Assembly (NCBI GenBank): GCA_025594325.1
Contig: JANHCV010000014.1
Location: 992,001 to 1,056,000, forward strand
Direction of reading: 5' to 3'
From: Blastocladiella emersonii ATCC 22665
Lineage: Eukaryota > Fungi > Blastocladiomycota
Length of the DNA stretch: 64,000 bases
Both the position numbers and the translations under genes were made by a program. The notes under the pieces are model-generated. The model was not told where the DNA came from. It saw only the letters and a list, made by a program, of their open reading frames with translations, and did no database searches. Of the stretch, positions 56,151-64,000 are shown one piece after another; positions within the stretch are counted from its first letter, which is position 1; each line of letters opens with the position of its first letter.

Positions 56151-58457
56151 ATGCCCCAGCTAACCAAGATCGCCAAGACCCTCGACTACACCAAGTCCAT
56201 GTTCACGGACTCGCGCCAGGTTGTGCTGCGTGAGTACTACAACAAGGACGTGCTTGATGGGCTCTGCGCGCGGTACTCGGGCATCAACGCTGAGGTCAAG
56301 AAGAAGCTCAAGGCCTACGCGGCGCTGGCCAAGGCGAGCTACAGCGGCGGCAAGGAGACTGTGTACTTGTTCACCACGCGGTCGACCTTGGTTGAGAAGA
56401 AGTTTGGCCGACTCTACGCCACGTCGCCGTCGCTCCAGAGCTTCAGCAAGGACCTCATCCGCAGCCCGCTGGCCAAGGGCGTGCTCCAGGACCTTGACAT
56501 GAAGGGCGCGGCGCCGTCGATCCTCCGCGGCGTCTGCCAGCACTACAACCTTGGCCACGGCGTCTTTGACCAGTACCTCGCCAACCGCACGGCCGCGCTG
56601 GCCAAGTGGGGGCTCGGGGATAAGCAGGAGTTCCTCTCAATGCTGTTCAACGAGTTCGTTGACCCAGACGCGGTGCACCCTGAGCTTGTGGCCTTCCACC
56701 ACATGCTGTACGGCTCGCTGTACAAGCTGATTGAGAAGGACTTTCCGCACGTTGTCAAGGCGTCCAAGCCTTGCGTGGACAAGACCATGAACAAGGGTTT
56801 GGTGCTCTCCAACCTGTTCCAGGCCGTCGAGTCAATCCTCCTGATGCGCGCCATTGACTTTGCCCGCGCCAACAACCTTGTGCCAAGCGTGCTTGTGTTT
56901 GACGGGTTCATGGTCAAGAAGGACGACTGCGTCAACGCCGAGCTGCTTGCCAAGATGTCCGCCAACACGCTCAAGTACACGGGCTTTGAGGTGGAGTGGG
57001 ACGAGAAGGAGATCACGGTGCCTGAGTCCAAGGACAAGGGCAAGCTCCCCGACTTTTGCAAGGACCCGGCCGCGTTTGTTGCCATGCAGCTTGAGCGTGA
57101 CCCGCACTACGACGACGACTGGATTGGCAAGGTTGTCACCCACTACCTCAGCCACAAGGTGGACGAGGACAAGCAGTCGTGGAAGGAGGTTGTGATCAAG
57201 TACGTGGGCAAATTTGTCCGCAAGGACCTGGTCGGCGAGATGTACTTTCGCCGCACTGTGACCAACGCCTGGGATACCAACGGTGAGGACAACGTGAAGC
57301 AGGCGTGCAGCACGGGGGCCATCAAGTACGCTCCACAGGTCAAGGCGCTCATCTTTGACATGCACAAACCGCAGTGGGGCCCGTCTCACCAGAACGGCCT
57401 CGTGGTCGACTACTTTAACGCGTTCTACGGGTTTGCGGCCACGGACCTTGGCTGCAACATTGAGCCCGAGTTGATTGTCATGTACCTCAAGTACATTTGC
57501 GACGTGGTCTGCAGCGGCAACGAGGAAGAGTACGCGTATGTCCTCAAGTGGATCCAGTGCCTGCTCACCACGGGCAAGGCCAATGGCGTGATGCTGCTGC
57601 TGACGGGTCTTGAGGGCGTGGGCAAGGGCAAGTTCAACCACCTTCTGGCCCAGTACATTATCGGCCGCAAGAACATGGTGTCCATCAGCAACGGGCCGAC
57701 GTGGCTCAAGGGTGAGTTCAACTCAGAGATCGCCCACAAGATGCTTGTGCTGTTTGATGAGATGCCCTCCAGCAAGCCAGCCGAGCTCAAGAACGCGTTT
57801 GACAAGCTCAAGAGCATGGTCACCGAGGACAAGCTCATTGTCAACGAAAAGTACATGAAACGCAAGGAGGTCAAGAACGTCAACAACTTTATGATCGCGA
57901 CCAACAACTGTGACGTGCTGCCACTCACCAAGACTGGTCGCCGCGAGTTCGTCCTCAAGATGTCCAACATCAAGTGCCAGGACAAGAACTACTTTGGCGA
58001 GCTTGACGCGTTTGTCAAGGAGCACGCCAACGAGATCTTTACCTACATCCTCCGCCTCGACCTCTCGCACCTGACGCTGTCCAAGTTCCCGCGCAACCAG
58101 GCCCGCAACAACGCCATCATGGCGGCACTGGAGCCGGTTCCCGCGCTGGCCATGGACATCATGGAGTACGGCGGCTTCCCGCTCAACCTCCTGGACCACA
58201 CGCGCCAGGTCGAAGTTGTGCCAGAGCTTGAGGCAGACGCGTTCTACAAGTTTTACCGCAAGTACGCCAAGAAGCGCTTCCCTGGCCGCTCGTCCATGTC
58301 GCAGACCAAGTTCGGCGAGTACATCAAGCGCGAAGTCAACCCGGCCAACAAGCAGGAGCTCTTCGAGGTGACGCGTTGCACCGTGAATCGCCGCAAGCTT
58401 CGCATCTACAAGTACCGCGGGCCGTACACAGTTGAGCTGTCCAAAGACGAGATGTAA
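56151..58457 (+). CDS. PolA-like (TVpol) primase-polymerase fused to a D5-like SF3 helicase
   Basis: GRLY..SLQ, DLDMKGAAPSIL and VLVFDGFMV (family A motifs); GLEGVGKG, LVLFDE and FMIATN (SF3 motifs A/B/C). Alternative ATG at 56115. Confidence 0.85.
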   Translation: MPQLTKIAKTLDYTKSMFTDSRQVVLREYYNKDVLDGLCARYSGINAEVKKKLKAYAALAKASYSGGKETVYLFTTRSTLVEKKFGRLYATSPSLQSFSKDLIRSPLAKGVLQDLDMKGAAPSILRGVCQHYNLGHGVFDQYLANRTAALAKWGLGDKQEFLSMLFNEFVDPDAVHPELVAFHHMLYGSLYKLIEKDFPHVVKASKPCVDKTMNKGLVLSNLFQAVESILLMRAIDFARANNLVPSVLVFDGFMVKKDDCVNAELLAKMSANTLKYTGFEVEWDEKEITVPESKDKGKLPDFCKDPAAFVAMQLERDPHYDDDWIGKVVTHYLSHKVDEDKQSWKEVVIKYVGKFVRKDLVGEMYFRRTVTNAWDTNGEDNVKQACSTGAIKYAPQVKALIFDMHKPQWGPSHQNGLVVDYFNAFYGFAATDLGCNIEPELIVMYLKYICDVVCSGNEEEYAYVLKWIQCLLTTGKANGVMLLLTGLEGVGKGKFNHLLAQYIIGRKNMVSISNGPTWLKGEFNSEIAHKMLVLFDEMPSSKPAELKNAFDKLKSMVTEDKLIVNEKYMKRKEVKNVNNFMIATNNCDVLPLTKTGRREFVLKMSNIKCQDKNYFGELDAFVKEHANEIFTYILRLDLSHLTLSKFPRNQARNNAIMAALEPVPALAMDIMEYGGFPLNLLDHTRQVEVVPELEADAFYKFYRKYAKKRFPGRSSMSQTKFGEYIKREVNPANKQELFEVTRCTVNRRKLRIYKYRGPYTVELSKDEM

Positions 58458-58523
58458 CGAGTCCAGAGACTCCTTTGTGAATACAACTTTGTACCTTTTG
58501 TTTACTGTACTTGCAGCGACCGT

Positions 58524-59580
58524 TCACGGCAGCCTGGACCGGGTTGCCCGCCCTTTGAACCGTTCGCCGTAAGCCATGGACCGGGTTCAATGGACCAAGT
58601 CGATTGAAATTCGCTTGGGGTAAGCCATGGACCGGGTGGACCGGGTTGAGGGGGTCGATTGACCTTTAGGGATTTGAAAGGGGGGGAAGAGTGGCACTGG
58701 AGCGGTCCCTCCCCCCCTTTTCACTACACTGTTACTTTAAAACAACCCGGTCAACCCGGTCAACCCAGTCCATGGCTTACCCCAAGCGAATTTCATGGAC
58801 CGGGTTGTCTTTGAACCCGGTCCAGTGAGCTCAAACCCGGTCCAGTTCGGGGCGGCCATCGAGAGCCGTCAGGGGCTGGTCGCTGACCTGGGTCGCTGCT
58901 CGCGTTCTTGGACTGACCGCCGACCTCTCGTGGAATTATTCCGAGAGCCTTCAAGGGCCTATTGCCGCGACCAAGTCGCCGACCAAGTCGTGGGCCGGCT
59001 TGTAGAGTGACTCTGTGGTCGCGTTGCGTTGCGCGTCTGGGGCATGTGATCGCTGCTCCCCCCTCCCCCCTCCCCCACGCCCACCTGCTTCGGCCTTCAG
59101 CCTCCGATCCGGGTGGCGAAATCCCTAAGGGCGGTGACAGACGGGCTCAGGGACGGGCTCGGGGGTCAGGTCAGGGACCAGACCAGGGAACTCTGTCAGT
59201 GGGTAGCCGCAGCTGCGCTGCTCTTCGTCTCGCTGCGCTCGCCGGCCGCCGCCGACCGCTCGGGGTAAGCGATGGTCAGCCCAAGGGGTTGGTTAGGGAC
59301 GGGCTCGGGGGTCAGGTCAGGGACTCACTCCTCAACCACTCGCCCCCTCCCTTCCACCCACCCTCCCGCCCACCTGCTTCGGCCTTCGGCCTCCGTCCGC
59401 GTGTTGTGTTCCCTAAGGGAACACGACATTTGAATCCAACATATTATTAACCACCCGGGGTAAGCAACTGGGTCTCACGTGGTTACCCCGAGTGACTGCC
59501 GCCGACCGCTCGGGGTAAGCAATTGGTCAGCCCGAGTGGCAGTGGGTCAGCCCATGTCATATCCCTTAAGGGATACGACA
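58524..59580. repeat. Right TIR (1,057 bp)
   Basis: Inverse of 44408-45463 with one extra G and a few substitutions. Confidence 0.95.
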
Positions 59581-60392
59581 GAAGTGACCAAGGAAGGCCT
59601 GTGCCAGTTCGAGGACAACTTTGACGTCCACCCAGACCTGTGGAGCTTCGTGAACCGCATCCTCAAGTCCTACACCAAGGAGAGCAAGTGGGTCCATGCC
59701 TTTGCCCCGCTTGACCACGTCAACAAACGCGTGTGGGCAAACCTCATGGACGAGCCGACCGTGGCTGAGCTCGTTGCCACCCTGACAGAGTCAGCTGCTC
59801 AGGGCAATGGGGACGCAGAGATTATGCTTCGTGGGGGCCGTTTGCGCACTATGCGTTTGCCAAGGCTCTCGGCGCGTACCTCAAGACCGGCGTCATGCCT
59901 GGAAACCCTGAGCTCCTTCAGGCCAACGTCACGGTGCTTGCCAACATCCTGATCGCGCGCATTGTCACGGTCCTCCGCCGCCACAAACTCCTCCGCGGCG
60001 CCACCCAGCTCGCCGCCGCGCGCGCCAAGAGCAAGGTCGTGGACGCCGTCGTGCATGTCGTTGCGCAGCGCGCGTGCGCCGTGGGCGAGTTTGGCAACGA
60101 GCCCGTTAACGGAATCTGGGGCCTGTTCATGAACCCAATCCCGATGATGTACGAGGTCCCGCACCGCCTGCTGACACACGCCTTGCGCCGGATCAAGCTG
60201 CTGGCCGCATTCATTGACCTTGTCCTCAAGCGCATGGTCGCCGTGTTTGACCGCGAGGCCGCCAAATCGGAGACTGGCGTGCCGATCTTTGAACTAGCCA
60301 AGGATGTCATGTGGCCCATCTTCTACGACGTCGTCCTGTGCAAGATTCTTGCGATTGCAAACAAGGTTGTTGCAGCCCGTGGTCAAGTCTGA
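59581..60392 (+). pseudogene. Right TSD (59581-59585) plus 3' part of host gene X, with a 1-nt frameshift in the G run at 59833-59837
   Basis: EVTKEGLCQFEDNFDVHPDLWSFVNRILK..FAPLDHVNKRVWANLMDE aligns with the paralogue at 63457. Confidence 0.7.
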
Positions 60393-60843
60393 AATATTTC
60401 ACGTTGAATAGGACAATTTTTTCTCAGCTGTAGCTTTAGCGAAGCTGAGTTTCTGTGGGAGCAATTGAAACCTATCAGGCACATCAACCTTGCTCTTGTG
60501 GTCACATGAGTGGCTCAGTGACCGTTTTCAATTTTCGTCGCGCGACGGGTTCTGTTGTTTTTCGCTTTCACTTCATTCCAACCCCTGCAACGTAAATCTG
60601 GACTGTGCTTTGCCTAGTCCCCAACAGTTCGAGGCTGTTCACTTCGTGGTCCATGAGCTGTGTGATCCCAACCAACCAGTACGTCCTGATCCGCTGTTTG
60701 ACTCTTCTGCGAATCTTCTCACTCACGAATCGATGTGCAGTGTGCATGGCAGTAAGGGCCTGTGGGTGATGGGCAAGACCATGCTCGTCTCTGGCCCGCT
60801 GTTCTGCGGCTTTGAGGGTGCGGCTAACAACAACCACTTCACC

Positions 60844-61593
60844 ATGTCCTCGTCCGTCGCCTTCTTCATCACTGAGATGCGGTCGGTCGCCACTGCGACG
60901 GCTCCGCCTCCTTCGCAGGGCCCCAACGGTCCGCCCATGTTCACGGCCGGTCCCTTGTTGCCCGCCAAGATGGTTCCCGGCGCTGCGGCCGCGCCCGCTG
61001 CGCTCGTCCCGCTCATGGCCGCGTGCACCACCCGCTCGCCGACTTCCACCTCGGCATCCGTCAACGCGCCGTTGGGCGGCACCACGTCGGGCAGCACCAC
61101 GTCCGGCAGCGCCACGACGCCGTTGGGACCCGTGGCGTCGGCTGTCGTCCAGGAGCTCGACATCAACCTGCAGGAGTGGGACGACGTCGGCAGCGAGTCC
61201 GACATGACCGTGGTTCCCGCGTTGTCGTCCGCCGTGACCAAGAACAAGAACATTACCAAGATCGTCGTCGACTTGGAGGCCAATGAGGAGGTCAACGCCA
61301 ACGAGGAGGAGAGCAAATGCGAGTCGGGCCCGTCGTTGTTGTCAAGCCGCGCGCGCAAGATGGCCACCAAGGCCAAGGGCCGCGACAAGAACAAGACGGT
61401 CAAGACCCCGCCGGCCTCGCCCACCAAGCGTACCCGCACGTCGGCCGTCAAGGGCAAGTCCGGCGCTGCCGTCCCTGCCGCCCAAGACGACGACAAGGCC
61501 GACGACGACGACTCGGCGACCCCGCCGGCCTCGCCGACCAAGCGCGCGCGTCGCGGTCCCGCCAAGGGCAAGGGCAAGGACCGCTCGGCCTGA
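60844..61593 (+). CDS. Low-complexity ORF inside the Helentron with two TPPASPTKR motifs
   Basis: Open 249-aa frame from ATG 60844; A/S/T/P-rich with a basic C-terminus. The true start is uncertain. Confidence 0.45.
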   Translation: MSSSVAFFITEMRSVATATAPPPSQGPNGPPMFTAGPLLPAKMVPGAAAAPAALVPLMAACTTRSPTSTSASVNAPLGGTTSGSTTSGSATTPLGPVASAVVQELDINLQEWDDVGSESDMTVVPALSSAVTKNKNITKIVVDLEANEEVNANEEESKCESGPSLLSSRARKMATKAKGRDKNKTVKTPPASPTKRTRTSAVKGKSGAAVPAAQDDDKADDDDSATPPASPTKRARRGPAKGKGKDRSA

Positions 61594-62022
61594 TCCTGAT
61601 CCTGTTCCTTCCCTCGTTTCTTTCGAAAATACTTCCGCTGTCTGATATATTCCAAACTCTTTTTCTTCCAACTGGTTACTACTCGAATTTGTGAGGTGCT
61701 CGTCGACTGGCGAGCTCAAAGAGTTTACCCCTGAACTCTGAGAACGCGTTTCAAAGACGCGTTGCGTGACGCGTCGCGTCGGCGCTCGCGTTCGTGTTCT
61801 CACAACTGTGACGCGCGACGCGCAACGCGAAGAGCCCTCGCTTCTCTGTGCTCTCTCCCAAACCCACGATACACTCGGTCAATCTCCATGTAAACTGCTA
61901 GCCGTGCTTGGTCTGCAAGGATGCCACCTAAACGAACTCTGGCCGACATGGCCGTTCGCGGCCTCAAAATGCACCAACTTCTTGCCAAAAATCCTCAAGC
62001 TTCCGCACGGGAGGTTTGACAA

Positions 62023-63216
62023 GTGACGGGCTTGCACGGGTCGTACCTCGTCAAGGCAGCGACTGAAGCATACCTGCAAGCTCGAGACCACCCACTTGCT
62101 CAACATATTATTGCGATGAAGTCTCAAGGTGACGGCATGCTTCACATCATAAGCACGACAGCGCTACCCGCCAACGTGGTTCACTCGATCCTGGCAGTTC
62201 ACCACGCTTCAACCCCAAGCGACGCTTCCAACGCGCAAGTTATCAGTTCGGACACAGGATCGACTGGTCACGGCACTTCTTCCTCGCGACCGAGCTCGCC
62301 AACATCTCCATCTCCTTCCCAATCAAGCGCCTCACCGCCGCAAGTCCCGCCTTGGCCAATGGATCTGAACCGGGAGCACCTGGAAGGTCTTCTCGGCGAG
62401 GCCTTGCACGCGCTACAAGACGAAGCTTTACTTCACTCGGCTTGCGCAGTTTGCGGTCAGCTCTCGCCAAAGTCGACGTGCTCAACGACACTGATAGCCA
62501 ACTTCCTCGCGGCTCACGGCGAATTCCTTGCTGAAAAGGCGGATCACATGTGGAAGAAGTTCTGCGCGGGAAAGGAGGGATTCACGCGACCTCCAATCCG
62601 CGAAGAATTCCGTAGTGTTCCCCTCTGTGAGGACGGAGTTGATGGCGAGAGTATGTGCTGGTGTATCTTGCCAAAAACAACTCTGACAGTTGATCCGCTT
62701 CCTTGTAGACGTCACCGTGTGCTCAACCTGCCTCACGCATCTCAATTCGACTGACCCAAAGAAACGTTTGCCCGTTTCTTCGCTCATGAACTACGGCAAT
62801 CCCGGAAAGAAACCGACTCCGCTCGAAAATCTCACCTTCAGCGAATCCCAAAACTCGACGGAATTGACGAGTTGGGTGACATCCCCATCAAGCGCGAGAC
62901 AATTAGCAAGATGGTCACCATTGACGGCAAGCGGTGGACCTTTTGGCGATCGCAGTTCCCCATTGAGCTGAGCTACGCGATCACGGCGCACAAGGCGCAG
63001 GGGATGACCCTGAACAAGGTCATTGCCGACTTCGGCGACCCCAAGCTCCCGCATCGTTTTCCTGCCCGGTACCCGTACATGGTCCTCTCTCGAGCGCGCA
63101 GGACCGAGGACATCCTCATCATCCGGTTCAACAGTCGGGTTCTCGTGCAGAAGGCATTACAGCACGTGGCGAAGGACATGGAGCGACTGTCCCCGCTGAG
63201 CAGGAGTGAGAATTGA
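62023..63216 (+). pseudogene. Helitron RepHel relic: Cys-rich N-terminal region fused by deletion to the PIF1 C-terminus
   Basis: CAVCG..CSTC..KRLPVSSLMN..PLENLTFSE is followed directly by SQFPIELSYAITAHKAQGMTLNKVIAD. The Rep and helicase core are absent. Confidence 0.8.
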
Positions 63217-63456
63217 TAAACTACTTCACTTTCACCAACTGAAACAGTCTCAAGAAGCCAAGTAAAGCTACAGCTGAGACCCAAGTGTGTGCGCAGCACA
63301 CACACCTAGTTGACACCATATGAAATTCGCGTACCTGCCTGGAGTGAGCCGGCGGTGGGGGACAAGATGAGCGCGCTGTGGCGCGACGCGTTCCTGAACG
63401 CGTCCAACCGAATTTCCATGCTCCCACCCACACACGATACACTACACGGAAAGCAA

Positions 63457-64000
63457 ATGAACTCGGCGGGACCTAGCGCAACGCGTGGCAAGCCGCTGCC
63501 CAAGACCAAGGGGCCGGGCAAGGGCGTCCGCCGTCCCAAGAAGCCAGCGCAGGCCAGCGGCGGCGGCCGCAAGGTGACCATGGACGGGTTTGGCGACAAC
63601 TGGCAGCTCGCGATCCAGGCGGGCCTGAGCCAGTTCGCGCGCGGGCCCGAGCTGCAGCCCGAGGTCCTCGGGTTTGTCAACCGCTGTCTCAAGCGGTACG
63701 CGGACGACGCCGAGTGGGACCGCGTGTTCGCGCCGCTCGCGCACGTCAACCACAGTATTTGGGCGAACCTCATGGAGCTGGCGACCTGGGACGAGTTTGA
63801 TGCTGTACTGGCGAGCGCGGTCGCCACGGGCGACAATGTAGCCAAGTCAATCTACTTCAACCCGTGCGAGAAGGGGAAAATGGGCAACCTAAACTTTATC
63901 AACCTTTGCATTATCACCGGCGCCGTGCCGCTTATTCGTCGTGGCTCGTTCACGGTGGAGACGGACGAGGGGGGCGTCGAAGCGCAAAACCTGCTCACTC
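63457..64000 (+). CDS. Uninterrupted-so-far paralogue X' of the PLV-disrupted gene (runs off the window; not in the supplied track)
   Basis: AAGCAA-ATG at 63457; the frame is open to the window end: MNSAGP..DNWQLAIQAGLSQF..FVNRCLK..FAPLAHVN..WANLME..IITGAVP. Confidence 0.75.
   Translation, partial: MNSAGPSATRGKPLPKTKGPGKGVRRPKKPAQASGGGRKVTMDGFGDNWQLAIQAGLSQFARGPELQPEVLGFVNRCLKRYADDAEWDRVFAPLAHVNHSIWANLMELATWDEFDAVLASAVATGDNVAKSIYFNPCEKGKMGNLNFINLCIITGAVPLIRRGSFTVETDEGGVEAQNLLT

Larger units (their letters stand above)
44408..59580. mobile_element. Complete endogenous Polinton-like virus (15,173 bp)
   Basis: TIRs, TG..CA ends and 5-bp TSD; intronless MCP, penton, ATPase, integrase, tyrosine recombinase, TVpol-SF3 helicase and fibre genes. 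Confidence 0.93.
60422..63309 (+). mobile_element. Internally deleted Helitron2/Helentron element (~2.9 kb)
   Basis: 17-bp perfect asymmetric inverted repeat (60422-60438 / 63263-63279); hairpin gtgtgtgc-gca-gcacacac (63285-63303); CTAG at 63306-63309; inserted in a T run. Confidence 0.82.

Noticed and set aside
44408-59580. LTR retrotransposon (TG..CA, 5-bp TSD, rve integrase)
   Set aside because: The terminal repeats are inverted, not direct. There is no gag, RT or RNase H, and capsid and ATPase genes are present.
44408-59580. Canonical Polinton/Maverick or virophage
   Set aside because: No protein-primed PolB and no cysteine protease ORF are recognisable, so PLV is the better class.
1-64000. 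tRNA, rRNA or other structured ncRNA genes
   Set aside because: None recognisable by eye; tRNAscan-SE and Infernal would be needed to exclude them.

Overview
GC-rich, intron-containing eukaryotic DNA (GT-AG introns of about 55-75 nt). The STPG-like and F-box/ankyrin-like genes suggest a flagellated lineage such as a zoosporic fungus; this is inference only. The main feature is a complete 15,173-bp endogenous Polinton-like virus (PLV) at 44408-59580. It has ~1,056-bp terminal inverted repeats (TIRs), TG...CA ends, a 5-bp GAAGT target-site duplication (TSD) and a 26-bp palindrome at each tip. It encodes a major capsid protein (MCP), penton, A32-type packaging ATPase (nonsense-mutated), fibre, rve integrase, tyrosine recombinase (frameshifted by an 8-bp duplication) and a PolA-like(TVpol)-SF3 helicase fusion, but no protein-primed PolB or protease. 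It interrupts a host ORF whose paralogue starts at 63457. Two internally deleted Helitron2/Helentron elements (24199-26222 and 60422-63309) have subterminal inverted repeats and hairpin+CTAG ends; the first splits an F-box-like gene. Other content: non-LTR retrotransposon RNase H relics, a decayed RPC1 fragment, two DUF4470-like paralogues, a ricin-B lectin gene, an SDR, NOL8, a RhoGAP-like gene and a secreted YjiK-like propeller. All family assignments are by-eye motif recognition; no database search was run.
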